From contig CAWJQQ010000001.1 in the NCBI GenBank assembly GCA_963845065.1, positions 672,001 through 736,000 on the forward strand: a stretch of 64,000 nt of DNA, in the 5' to 3' direction. The notes beneath the pieces are model-generated. The model searched no databases, had not been told where the DNA came from, and worked only from the letters and a program-made list of their open reading frames with translations. This document shows positions 1 through 10,093 of this stretch, piece by piece (position 1 is the first letter of the stretch; every line of letters starts with the position of its first letter). Position numbers and translations under genes: made by a program. This stretch comes from Nitrospirota bacterium. GTDB taxonomy: Bacteria > Nitrospirota > UBA9217.

Positions 1-32
1 TTTTCGTTGCCTATGCTGCCCGCTCGTTCCAT
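1..32 (-). CDS. 5' end of a gene running off the window (MERAGSIGNE...)
   Basis: ATG at 32-30 preceded by a GGGGGAGG RBS; only 10 codons visible. Confidence 0.35.
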   Translation of the reverse strand, partial: MERAGSIGNE

Positions 33-235
33 GAACCCTCCCCCTGTACCCCAAGAAGAGCATGAGGGTCAGGTTGTTAATGTCTATACTTGCTTAAGGA
101 ATTAAAATCTGATTGCCATAAGAATAGCGCATAGCGAGATGTTTGGCAATACCCCTGTTTACAGCAAAGAAGACATATATTCACTTATGTGATATAATGT
201 TCATGCTAGGTCAATAAACTAAGAATCTGTCAAAC

Positions 236-400
236 GGAGTTAAATTTAGAGCTTATCCAACGGAGAAACAGCAAGAGGTGCTTTCTAAACGGATAGGTTG
301 TCAATGGTTGCTATAGAACGCTAAGGTTGCCGAGGACCATTACTTCAAAATGTTCTGTAACAACACTCTCCCTTTGACCGGCATCCTAACTCCTGTTGAT
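236..400 (+). pseudogene. tnpB: IS200/IS605 tnpB N-terminal remnant
   Basis: Translates as GVKFRAYPTEKQQEVLSKRIGCQWLL*NAKVAEDHYF, a typical TnpB N-terminal segment, with an internal stop and no continuation. Confidence 0.7.
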
Positions 401-627
401 TTTGTGCCTGAAATATCGTCATAGATGCCCCTGTACAGCGTATATAGCGTTTCTCCTAAGCTGAAGGCATGCCTCTGGGATATGGAATTAATGTTTTCCT
501 GGACAGCATGCTTACTGAAAAGGTAACTTCTTGAAATAGTAGATTTTACAATTGCAAAACCAGTTGCAATATTGACGGGCTCAGAGTTTTACCGGACAGG
601 TGTGAAATTGGAAGATAAATCTCAACA

Positions 628-1197
628 CTAACGTGGTTTTCTATACTGCTTACCCGCGTTCCAGCAGTTACCAACAGGCTGCCCCAGTGACCAGTATTTC
701 ATGCTGCTCATATCAAAAAGTAACGGTTTGACCTTAGCGATGTCGACTTTGCCGTCCGTGAGCACGGATTCGTCGGCATAGGTGGCAACGATCTCTCCGA
801 TAAACACATCGTGTGTTTTGAGTTCATACGTATCGTAAAGCCTGCATTCCATGGACAGTGGACAGTACTGTATGAGTGGCGCGGTCACTAATTCTCCAAA
901 AAAAGTTTCGAACACCTCGGACTTATCCACGTTGCTGCCGGTGACGAGTCCCACGTAATCGGCCTCTATGATCTGATTTTGCGATAGGATGTTCACGCTG
1001 AAGGTCTTGTTTGCCCTGATGCCGATATTAGTATGGTGTGGTTTTCCCATTCCGAGCGAAATTAGGTGAGGTACGCCCGCGTTCAGGATCCCGACGTGGG
1101 CGACATTCAGGAAGTTCACCTTGCCGTTCACTAGCGCACCCACGATCGTTACAGGCGTGGGATAGAGCACATTCTGGTTCCCAATCTTTTTCTTCAT
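628..1197 (-). CDS. Flavin reductase family protein (flavoredoxin-like)
   Basis: LYPTPV, FSVNI, APLI..CPLSMEC and THDVFIGEI motifs. Confidence 0.9.
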   Translation of the reverse strand: MKKKIGNQNVLYPTPVTIVGALVNGKVNFLNVAHVGILNAGVPHLISLGMGKPHHTNIGIRANKTFSVNILSQNQIIEADYVGLVTGSNVDKSEVFETFFGELVTAPLIQYCPLSMECRLYDTYELKTHDVFIGEIVATYADESVLTDGKVDIAKVKPLLFDMSSMKYWSLGQPVGNCWNAGKQYRKPR

Positions 1198-1240
1198 TTG
1201 TCCCTCTCTTTCAGATTCTCATCGCAGTTCAAGTGTTAAA

Positions 1241-2209
1241 CTATTTCAGAAATACCGAGACATCAGTGCACGCATCTGTTGAAAGACGTAAGAGCTGCGG
1301 TGGCCCACACTCAATGACAAGTTCGCGCCCGATGCTCGGATGGCGAAAGCTCAGTTTTGTGGAATGAAGATGGTAGCCTGGGTCGCCGGGCAAAACACGC
1401 GTATCCAATGCTGGGAGACCGCCCGCACTATAAAGCGGATCGCCTACCAGAGGGTGTCCTGTTGCAGCCAAGTGAATTCGGATCTGGTGTGGCCGGCCTG
1501 TCGCAATGCAAACATCACAAAGGAACGAAACCGGCCGGCGTTCGAGGACAGTCACCTGAGACATGGAGGGCTTGCCTTTTGGAGTAGCAGCATGAATTGA
1601 ACCGAGAAGGGTGTGCGGAACAGGGCCTATGGGTGTGGTGATTGTCATCTCGTCCCAATCAGGAAGACCGCAGGCAAGTGCGCGGTAGCATTTCCCGACT
1701 TTGTTAGCTGACCATTGTTGCATCAAATTTGCTCGGCTATGATGGTTTCGGGAGCACAGTACCAGGCCCGATGTCCACCTCCCCAAACGATGAAGTGGAG
1801 CGGCGTCAGGCGCATAAGCGCGCACCAAGTACAGGAGTGTTGTTTGCAGGAAATTAGCGCCAGGAAGAGTTGGCAATCCGGCCGGCTTTGCCACAGCTAG
1901 TAAGTCTTTATCTTCGTAAAGAATGGAAAACGACGTGGGCGCTTCGGGTTCGATCCATGGCGGCCGCTGCCAGACAAGTTCGTGTCCCCTCTGCAATACG
2001 CTTTCGGAATGTACGGGTGTTGAGTTAATGAGTACGTGACCGGAGTCAACGCGCTCCGCCCACTCCGCCACGGACGAGTGACCATAGCGGTGGCTGAGAT
2101 ACGCTAGCAACGTAAGTCCGTCTGCATCGGGGCCGAGTCTCTCGCGGTACTCACAACCTTTATTAAGGCGCGTATTCGTGGCAGATAAATATGTTGATGA
2201 CGCTGTCAT
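1241..2209 (-). CDS. RluA/RluD family pseudouridine synthase
   Basis: AKPAGLP, LHRLGRWTSG (Gly in place of the usual HRLD Asp), TGRPHQIRIHL and GHPLVGDPLY motifs; start uncertain (ORF extends to 2263). Confidence 0.85.
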   Translation of the reverse strand: MTASSTYLSATNTRLNKGCEYRERLGPDADGLTLLAYLSHRYGHSSVAEWAERVDSGHVLINSTPVHSESVLQRGHELVWQRPPWIEPEAPTSFSILYEDKDLLAVAKPAGLPTLPGANFLQTTLLYLVRAYAPDAAPLHRLGRWTSGLVLCSRNHHSRANLMQQWSANKVGKCYRALACGLPDWDEMTITTPIGPVPHTLLGSIHAATPKGKPSMSQVTVLERRPVSFLCDVCIATGRPHQIRIHLAATGHPLVGDPLYSAGGLPALDTRVLPGDPGYHLHSTKLSFRHPSIGRELVIECGPPQLLRLSTDACTDVSVFLK

Positions 2210-2519
2210 ATTCTTTTCAAGCTCGCCTTGCAATATATTCCTGCAATTCTTAGGTATTGTCAAAAAATCCGAAGTATAGTGACATAATATCGCAAAAAAT
2301 ATTGGTCAGTCAAGAATTTTATTGGGTTTGTTGCCTCGAATTCGAGGTGAAGTCCTCAATTTCTGAAATAAGACGCTAGCGACAGGCTACGGCAGATTCT
2401 GTTGTTCGAAAATTGGATCATAAAGTCCATGATACCAACAATATTGCTTGACCGTTTTATTGGATAGTGGTCCACGGGGATTTCTGGTAAACAAATACGT
2501 TGCAGCGTGGTTCGGAATT

Positions 2520-2974
2520 TTGCCTGCTTGTGCCGATGTTTTATCGGAGTAACCATTCGATACGACCGCTCTTACGTTGTCGTCTATTTCTTTCAGTTTC
2601 CTAATCGTTCATGCGCCGCCAAAACCGCCCCTTATCGTAAGATCTAGAATTACAATATCCAATGCTTTATCTGCATGTCTAGCCTGCTCGTATACCTCGT
2701 AGCCTCTTCACCTTCAGTCGCAAATTCTACGTTATGACCGAGAGCACTGATCAATTCCCCTGCAAGATCCCCAATGACCGGATCATCGTCCATCACAAGG
2801 ATCCTTTCTAGACGTATTGCGGTCGCTTTTGCTTTTGATTTGTCCTTGACTTCTTTTTGTGTCGTTTCCATCGCAGGAAGGTATATGAAGAAGGTCGTTC
2901 CTTTTCCTGCTTCGGATTTAGCCTTAATCAGACCCTCAGGATTTTTTATGATGTGGAATAGGATGTCGTGAGGC
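2520..2974 (-). pseudogene. Decayed C-terminal part of a hybrid histidine kinase (HATPase end + REC)
   Basis: GLTTSYS..IIKN, SEAGKGTTFFIYLP, ILVMDDD, then frameshifted ALDIVILDLTIRGGFGGA*TIRKLKEID; 5' part missing at the IS110 boundary. Confidence 0.75.
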
Positions 2975-2998
2975 CACCCATTTAAAGCTCCCTGTCAA

Positions 2999-3385
2999 GT
3001 GAAAAAGCCTACCCCGTGACGAGAAAATGATATTTTCTCGTCGATATCTTTTCAATCATCAACATCCGTACCATTGCCGTAGTTTCATTCAGTTTGGGTA
3101 TCAGTCGTTACTGTACCAGCCACCCATCAGGATTAAGGTCCTGCTGCTGATGCGCGGTTCTCAGCATGACCCTTTCCCCGCAGAGCGGGGACCAGAAAAT
3201 CTTCGGCTCCTTGCCCTGCCCGTAAGGGTTTATAACAACACTCTTGGTTTTTTACCAGCCTCTAAGTGGTTCACGGCACGGGCAGTAACGATGCTGATGA
3301 CTCTAAAGTTTTGGGTGGAGCGGTTTACCAATCAATATTTATGGTTCTTCCAGCGCTGTAGCTGGTTCCCCGCTCCAGTCATCTT
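2999..3385 (-). ncRNA. Candidate IS110/IS1111 bridge/seek RNA (3' non-coding region)
   Basis: Long non-coding tract downstream of the transposase with nested stems, e.g. TGGAGCGG/CCGCTCCA enclosing two hairpins. Confidence 0.5.
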
Positions 3386-3400
3386 GTTATCAATGATTTC

Positions 3401-4418
3401 TCATCCGAAGATCTTCTCGGACTGAAAAACCACATCATCCCGCATGACGTAGTACGCTGCCTTCGCCAGCTTGTGAGCCAGGGCATTATGCGCACACATA
3501 TAATTCGTCTTCTGCATCTTGCGATTGTAGTACGTCCTGGCTTGCGGATAGCAGCGTCTTGCGTCCTCAGCCGCCTCGGAATAAGCCCACGCAAGATATT
3601 TGTTGCCGTTCTTCTTGTTGCCTTTTCCTTTCGCCTTATCGTTGCTCACCCACTTGCTCGATACCTTGCGGCAGTAAGACACATAGTTGCCGACTTTCTC
3701 AAAACGCGAGACTGGCCCTGTCTCCAGCATGATGGTCAGTGCCAAAATCTTGCCGACACCGAAGACGCTATGCAGCTTAGCATAGGGTGGTTTCAACTCT
3801 ACACGGGTCTCTATTACCTTCTCGAGCTTCGTGATCTGACGAGTTAGAAAATCGATCGACTCCTTGCTGGCCATCCCTGCCAAGGCGAGATCTTCACTTC
3901 CCGTGAGATAGGGGGTCACACGATCCTCCGTGAGAGCTTTTACATCACTCTTTTTGAGTTTAAATCCATTGTTACGGCAGAGGATGTTTTGAAGGCTGAC
4001 GATGAGTGAGACCCGTAATCTTACCAGGTGCACGCGCTTCCTGAGAAGATCCCGGATCGGACGTTCTTCTTTGGGATAGATGTATCCCTCTGGCAAGATT
4101 CCCAGCCGCAACATCTCCGCCAGCCAAAAGGCGTCGTGCTGATCATCGGCATACTTCAGCCCCGTGTATTTCTGGATTTCACTCGGATTGGCCAAATGCA
4201 CTTTGTAGCCTACCTCCATTAGTAGGTCTACCAAACAGTACCAGTTATAGGTAGACTCGACGACGATACCGACTATGTCGTCTTTATACAGTTTAAGAGT
4301 CTCTAGGATAAGCTCACGATCGTTCAGCAGCTTCTTCTTGAAAATGCGCTTGCCGTCCTCATCTTCAATGCCAAAATACGTGTTGCTTGAATGCAGGTAA
4401 TCCCGTGTACAATTTCAT
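3401..4418 (-). pseudogene. IS110 family transposase, frameshifted near codon 7
   Basis: MKLYTG-[frameshift ~4398]-LHSSNTYFGIED...VVESTYNWY...KYADDQHDA...GVGKIL...SYCR; the frameshift removes the first catalytic Asp of the GxDLH motif. Confidence 0.85.
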
Positions 4419-4832
4419 ATAGCACCCCAAGGTTAGAATGGGGATTCTTCCTTAAAGCATATCAGAGTGCCGAATGCGCTCTGGTATGCTGAAGTGCCTT
4501 CATATGATTATCAATATTGTGACAAGAACAAGGAATTCAAGTCGTAATATGAACTTAAGCGAGCGAAGCGAAATGGGTTAGGTTTTGCTAGCGAAGACGA
4601 GCCACCGTAAGCAAAACTGTGCTCTGTAATCTGAAGTTTAGTGTGGTGCGCGTTTGAACGGAGTAGGGCTTTACTGACATATCCGCAGATCACGATGACA
4701 GATATCGCTTGACATTAAAATAGGAGATACTCGATGATGTTTATGTCTTCACTCTTATTGCAGATAAAAAAGACCGCCGAATCCTATGGAGTCAGCGGTT
4801 TTAGTTTGTAGTTTCCAATTGACCATGGCATT

Positions 4833-5054
4833 TCAAGCAGACACCCTAGTAGCCGGAGCGAGATCTTTGCTCACCTTGATTGCCGCACCCGGACCATTTG
4901 CCGTCATTTCTTTTTGCAGCGCACTTCCCAGTTGAGATGCCATTTCTTTGACAACTTTACGGCTGTCTTCTTGAAATTTCACCAAATCGCCAGCAAATGC
5001 CGGACTTGCACTCAATTCAAATACAAGGGACAACGTAAGCTATTTGTTTGTCAT
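4833..5054 (-). pseudogene. Truncated Tll0287-like/DUF3365 periplasmic protein
   Basis: Signal peptide with an internal stop, then QLGSALQKEMTANGPGAAIKVSKDLAP; truncated after ~70 codons. Confidence 0.55.
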
Positions 5055-5114
5055 TCTTATTCTACTCCTAAACCTGATTAATCGGCGGTCAATAACTCTG
5101 TATATATGTCTTGC

Positions 5115-5894
5115 TTATATTTTCCTACTAGGTGGCGTTGGGATATTAGTGCCATGACACTCGGTACAATTTTGCTGTGCGGTGATCCCCATATCATGAG
5201 CAGGGGTCCAATTCGCTTTCGAAACGTATTTACCATCCTTCCAAGAGTTTAAGTCTTGGACGAGTTTGTAAGCTACGCTTGCAGCAACGCGGGCACACCG
5301 ATCTTTTCGCTCAGGGCTCGCTAGTGCATAGCCCGCCTCCTTCATCCATTTGCCTACGGAAACGTGGCATAGTGGTGACTGGCTCGTTGTCTGTATGATT
5401 GTTGTTTTTTGTTTGGGCTGTTTTGGATTATAAACCGGAAGCGGTGTTTCAGAATACCATTGCATCATTTCTGACCCAATAAGAGCGCCATTTTCGCAAT
5501 CTGGTCCAGCGATTCGAGGGCCAATAATGACATTGCTGACGATGTTGGCTCCCGCGTTCGATCCGCAAATCGTACCCCACCCTACTGTGCCTCCTTCTAG
5601 AAAGACAAAGGCGTCACTTGGAAATGATTTATAGGGTTCACCCACTTTTTCTCGGAGTTGGCTGAATACGCTATTAATAACAGCCGCGCCACAAAATACC
5701 CGGTACCATTCATTGTAGGCTATCTCTGCGGTCTTTTCAGGGTCAAGCTTATCATAGGGCCACGGCCACTTCTCTGTTGTTCCCCCGACGGCTTCCGCTG
5801 TGGACGATAATCCACTGAGGCCCGTAAAAGCTACACCCGTTCCGATAGCCCCAACCATTGTCAATAATTCTCTCCTTGTTACATGCCCTTTCAT
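5115..5894 (-). CDS. Tat-exported C-GCAxxG-C-C / split-Soret cytochrome c family protein
   Basis: TRRELL Tat motif, CGAAV, GWGTICG, PLCHVS, DRCARV and a C-terminal CTECH heme motif. Confidence 0.8.
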   Translation of the reverse strand: MKGHVTRRELLTMVGAIGTGVAFTGLSGLSSTAEAVGGTTEKWPWPYDKLDPEKTAEIAYNEWYRVFCGAAVINSVFSQLREKVGEPYKSFPSDAFVFLEGGTVGWGTICGSNAGANIVSNVIIGPRIAGPDCENGALIGSEMMQWYSETPLPVYNPKQPKQKTTIIQTTSQSPLCHVSVGKWMKEAGYALASPERKDRCARVAASVAYKLVQDLNSWKDGKYVSKANWTPAHDMGITAQQNCTECHGTNIPTPPSRKI

Positions 5895-6473
5895 ATTTTT
5901 ATCCTCCTTGAACTTTAATTTTCCATTTGTATGCCAAATTAAGGATCATCAATCAGTTATCATTAGTAAAAGTGAAGAAGCAGCATTTGCGACCATGTGG
6001 CATACATCTGATCGAGAATGAGTATCCACGGATATGTCATGTTAGGAACGAATTTAGCCGCGCAAAATACTTTCACAGCATAATATTGTAATTTGCGAAG
6101 TTATAAAATTATAAATTTAATATATTGTATCACAATCGTGTTCAATATCAAGTATATTTTTAGAAATGTGAGGCTGATAGACAAGTGCGTGATGCTTGGA
6201 GTTGCCAAGGATTGAGATTGGGTTATATATGGGTATATGCAACCGACTACAGATTTAATATTATGTTTTTCGAGGAATGGAAACTACTACAATTGCAGAG
6301 AGGCTCGCTGACTAAAAACTTCGAACGGAATTCATCACTTTCTTGGCAAGTCTCTCAGTCTGAAATACACCTATTACTGAGCAATTAAGCTCTTAAAAAA
6401 ATACTGGGAAATACCTGTTGAAACATACATTAACGAATCAAGGGTCGGCGGCAATGACCGATTAACCAGCCAA

Positions 6474-6662
6474 TTAGGCCTCATTATTGTGTTCGCTGAG
6501 GGTTGAGGGGGAAACTTCTTCAGCACGCTGCCAAGGCCAGCGCCCTTCGACTTCCAGTTGCAGGGGCATGCTAAGGAAAGTACGGATCAAGACGATCAAG
6601 CCAAGAATCAGGACGTTATTTATTGTGGGTGCTATAACACTGTCCGAATAATATCGTTCCAA
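6474..6662 (-). pseudogene. DUF1622-like membrane protein, C-terminal fragment
   Basis: PTINNVLILGLIVLIRTFLS..LQLEVEGRWPWQ; N-terminal half absent. Confidence 0.7.
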
Positions 6663-6815
6663 CGTGCGAATTTAGATCGACTATGTAAAGACCATCTTTT
6701 GATAGTATTACACTGAATGTATTCTGCAATTTCAAAAAGACGACTCATTGAAGACTATAGGAAGAACTTCGCATCCGATCATATCGTTATAAAATAAGAT
6801 ACGGCAAAACTAAGT

Positions 6816-7091
6816 TCATTTTTTTAAAGATTCTTTTTCCATTTCTTTTTGTATCATCCGTTCTTTTACAGATGATCCTATGGATGAAGCAAATACTCCT
6901 ATACCATGGAATAACAGACCAATACCCCATCCAATGAGTGGCCACTTGAACCAGTAATATCCAGGGGATGCGGTAAGATTGATAATGATAAGCAATGTAT
7001 TGACTGCAAGATAAACAAATAGATGGATATAAAAACCAATTCGAGTTTCGACTCTTTTTTTTGCCCTTTCGTAAAGTTCAAGGTCTTCCAT
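6816..7091 (-). CDS. 2TM domain-containing protein
   Basis: YERAKKRVE..GFYIHL..YL.VN..L..IN...W..WP..GWGIGL..H signature; GGAG RBS. Confidence 0.85.
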   Translation of the reverse strand: MEDLELYERAKKRVETRIGFYIHLFVYLAVNTLLIIINLTASPGYYWFKWPLIGWGIGLLFHGIGVFASSIGSSVKERMIQKEMEKESLKK

Positions 7092-7325
7092 GATATTCTC
7101 CTTCAACGAATACTGATTGAGGCTTGAGCAATGGCATCTTTTACGATGTGTACAAAGTTCAGGAAGTTTAATTGAATGAATACTCCAATCAGAAGGCAAT
7201 CCTTCCTGGCATTCCAATCAGCAAATGATATTTTATTATTCATATGGCAGCTTTCCAGAATCATCATCAATCACTATGATGCATAATCCTTAACGCGATC
7301 TTCTTTTTGTAATGGTTTACGCTGG

Positions 7326-7676
7326 TCATTTATTGCCACCAGTTGGTTTGTCTGCCGCATAGCTACCGTACTTGATTTGTTCATAGATCGTAAGGGGAAG
7401 TATAACGGTATCGCCAATGATGCTGAACGGCACATCAACCAGGCAGAATCCTCTAATGCCATGCGTGTCGTGCATTTCCGGGAGCAAGAAGCAACTAAAA
7501 TCGAAGATGGTGCCGCTGTATATTCTCGGTAGAGCTGGCTCAGGGGGTCTCCAGTTTGGGCTTACATATCTCGTAATGATCGTGCCGCAGCCCATGCAGG
7601 GGATCATCACGCATACCACAAGTGTCAGAAACCACGGCTTCGTTCTTTTTAACATAAATTCCGTTTTCGTTACCAT
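7326..7676 (-). CDS. YceK/YidQ family lipoprotein
   Basis: GCGTI lipobox-like motif, IYSGT.FD and DVPFS.IGDTVILP motifs. Confidence 0.8.
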   Translation of the reverse strand: MVTKTEFMLKRTKPWFLTLVVCVMIPCMGCGTIITRYVSPNWRPPEPALPRIYSGTIFDFSCFLLPEMHDTHGIRGFCLVDVPFSIIGDTVILPLTIYEQIKYGSYAADKPTGGNK

Positions 7677-7713
7677 CCTGCAAGAGCATACTGCCGCCGC
7701 AAACGATTTCTGC

Positions 7714-8163
7714 TCATTTTGTGCTTTTTATCTTCACTCTTCGTGTTGAATTGGACCGAGGCGTAACACTCGCTTTCCTCCGTGCTTTCGCGTGTGCAGC
7801 GGCCCTGGACCTGGGAACCGCGCGGATCGACGAGGCGCCGCCCTTGTCCTCGAGTTTAGCGAGTTCTTGTTCAAAGCTTTTGATGTGGGCAGTGATGTTT
7901 TTTACTCCAGCATCCAGCGCAGGATTCTTGATTTTCGCACTGCTCATCAGTATATACACTTTGGCGCCCAGATCGCGCATGGCATCGTGAATTTTGGCCT
8001 TTGTCGACAGCATTTTGTATTGCCGCTTACTCTCTTCTATCAACTCCTCTGCCTTTTTCTGTATGACGGTGGCTCCGTTCTTTATCACGCCAAGGCCCTT
8101 CTCCAGCTCGTTCTGCAGCTCTTTCTTGATCTTTTCCCAGTTCATATTATCGAGATAACCCAT
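7714..8163 (-). CDS. Hypothetical coiled-coil protein with basic tail (paralogue of 10810-11193)
   Basis: AGGAGG RBS; clear similarity to the ORF at 10810. Confidence 0.75.
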   Translation of the reverse strand: MGYLDNMNWEKIKKELQNELEKGLGVIKNGATVIQKKAEELIEESKRQYKMLSTKAKIHDAMRDLGAKVYILMSSAKIKNPALDAGVKNITAHIKSFEQELAKLEDKGGASSIRAVPRSRAAAHAKARRKASVTPRSNSTRRVKIKSTK

Positions 8164-8602
8164 CTTGCGACCTCCTGAGGGAATAATGGATGACATATCT
8201 TGGGAATATTTGGGAATATTATTGTTATTTGATGCATGGAAATATCACAAAGAATGTGCGGGAAATGTCTACTTATCAATTGAAAAACTTCCAATGGTTT
8301 TCTCCGTGTCATTTTTGGAATTTCTTAGTTCCAGTTCTTTGTTCGCAGACCATGATGCTCTACTGCTAGGGTAGGATATATGTTTAGCACGTTTCCGTTG
8401 ATTATTGTTCGTAATCTGGTTCTCGATAGCTTCCAAAATTGCTGCTCGTATATGTGGATTAAAGTCTGCGCTTATTATCGTCTCCGGATAAAGTTTATAT
8501 TAATTTAAAATGATATCTGCATTATTGATAAAGCTCATCTATCGCGTAGTACAGGAAGCGATTAATGCTGGATATTTCATTTCCATAAAAAGAATTGCTC
8601 AA

Positions 8603-8851
8603 TTAGGTAACAGCAGAAGTGCTGTTTTTATAAATCGTAGCTCTAACTAATTCAATGATGTAGTCATATCCTTCTTCAGTGTGAGGGATAACACAACTCG
8701 AACAATCTTTGATGTCATTTTTCACTGTAAAATTTCCATTACAATCGAGCAAATAAAGCGGGCACCAGCAAAAAAGACATGATTTCCATTCTTGAAGATC
8801 GTGGCAAGGGAAAAAACTACAATCATGGTGAATAAAAAACTTATAGTTCAT
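8603..8851 (-). CDS. Cysteine-rich small domain protein
   Basis: YKFF.H..C.FFPCH....CLFCWCPLY..C.GN....KDCS.C..PH signature. Confidence 0.85.
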   Translation of the reverse strand: MNYKFFIHHDCSFFPCHDLQEWKSCLFCWCPLYLLDCNGNFTVKNDIKDCSSCVIPHTEEGYDYIIELVRATIYKNSTSAVT

Positions 8852-8888
8852 TTTCTAACTCCTCACGCGAGAATTTAACTTTGTTTTT

Positions 8889-8998
8889 GATAGGTCTTCC
8901 GGCTTAGAGCTAATCCTACGTACCCGCCTTCCCATCAACAAGCTGCAACGTGCGGATCATTCTATCATGAAGTGCAGGCCAGGTTATACCCAGTTACA
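8889..8998 (-). promoter_or_regulatory. 3' half of a cobalamin riboswitch (truncated)
   Basis: Minus strand reads TGTAAC...TGGGAAGGCG...AAGCCGGAAGACCT (B12-box-like) upstream of a family often found in B12 gene clusters. Confidence 0.55.
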
Positions 8999-9020
8999 AG
9001 TAATACATAGAATAATCTTT

Positions 9021-10046
9021 TCAAATCCTTCCTATCAATACTAGCACAATAAAGATGAGATAAAAAGCACCGCCAGATAGAAGTGTGTATGGTGTTAACT
9101 TATGTTTTGAGCGTATTTGCCAATAAGCCAGGCCAACTGATAGAAAAGTCAGCATGACAGTTATAAATGCCGCACTCGTCAAATCCCATTCTGTCATTAA
9201 GATGCCAATGGCGGTAATTACGGAACCTTGAAATACCATTGCGCCAGTAATATTCCCTATCGCAAGGGTGTCCTTTCCTTTGCTAATCCAAATGACACTA
9301 TTGAATTTCTCCGGCAATTCTGTCGCAATCGGTGCAATAATCAACGCCAGGAGAAATGGGGATACCTCGGCTTGTATCGCGATTGTTTGAACTTTTTCAA
9401 CAAAAATATAAGCACCCCAGACAATTAAAAGTAAGGAACTAATTACCTGGATACAAATTATGAAGAAATTAGGGTCGTGGGACTTTGGGGCGAAATAGCA
9501 TGGATCAAGGTCTGCTTCTTCGACTATTTGATTCCCAGTCGTGCCCTTAAGGGTTTTCAAAACATACGCTCCATATGAAAGTAACAGGATGAGGGCAATA
9601 GCGACTTTGAAAACAGGGTGGCTTATTAGAAAGGTACTGACTATGGCTACACTATAGAGTACAAAAAAATATTCGATATCGCGGCGCATTACAATGGTAT
9701 CAACCAGCATAGTGGGATAATTATCCCGTTTTTTTTTGTTAACCACGACCGCAATGCCAGAGATAAAGAATGCCAATGTCCCTAGCATAAACGGGGCACC
9801 AATTATTGCACCGACACCAAGATGGCGACCGGCAGCTTTGGAACCGAAAAGAATTGCGATGATGGGAACCAGGGTTTCCGGCAGCGCAGTGCCAATGGCG
9901 GCGAGGATACTTCCTACCGCGCCATCAGAAAGGTTCATCTTTTTGCCGAACCACTCCAACCCATTTGTAAATACAAGAGCACCTAGAAGAATGACAGCTA
10001 GAGCAATCAACAGCATGATCACATTGGACATAAGAGACTCCTTCAC
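9021..10046 (-). CDS. Sodium:calcium (CaCA) antiporter
   Basis: Alpha-1 GTALPE and alpha-2 ATELPE repeats, AIGNITG, ~10 TM segments. Confidence 0.9.
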   Translation of the reverse strand: MKESLMSNVIMLLIALAVILLGALVFTNGLEWFGKKMNLSDGAVGSILAAIGTALPETLVPIIAILFGSKAAGRHLGVGAIIGAPFMLGTLAFFISGIAVVVNKKKRDNYPTMLVDTIVMRRDIEYFFVLYSVAIVSTFLISHPVFKVAIALILLLSYGAYVLKTLKGTTGNQIVEEADLDPCYFAPKSHDPNFFIICIQVISSLLLIVWGAYIFVEKVQTIAIQAEVSPFLLALIIAPIATELPEKFNSVIWISKGKDTLAIGNITGAMVFQGSVITAIGILMTEWDLTSAAFITVMLTFLSVGLAYWQIRSKHKLTPYTLLSGGAFYLIFIVLVLIGRI

Positions 10047-10093
10047 AAAATAAAAAAAACAATGATGACAGACCCAAGAAGAGAGTTAAAAAA

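Larger units (their letters stand above)
2975..4513 (-). mobile_element. IS110-family (IS1111-type) insertion sequence
   Basis: IS110 transposase, ~425-nt downstream non-coding region, TTGACA near the right end and GATAAT at the left end with a shared TG core. Confidence 0.75.

Noticed and set aside
3027..3425. 132-aa plus-strand ORF
   Set aside because: Antisense to the IS110 non-coding region; no recognisable motifs
4514..4700. 5' half of the histidine kinase beyond the IS110 element
   Set aside because: The flank does not encode the expected FFTTK/GxGLG sequence
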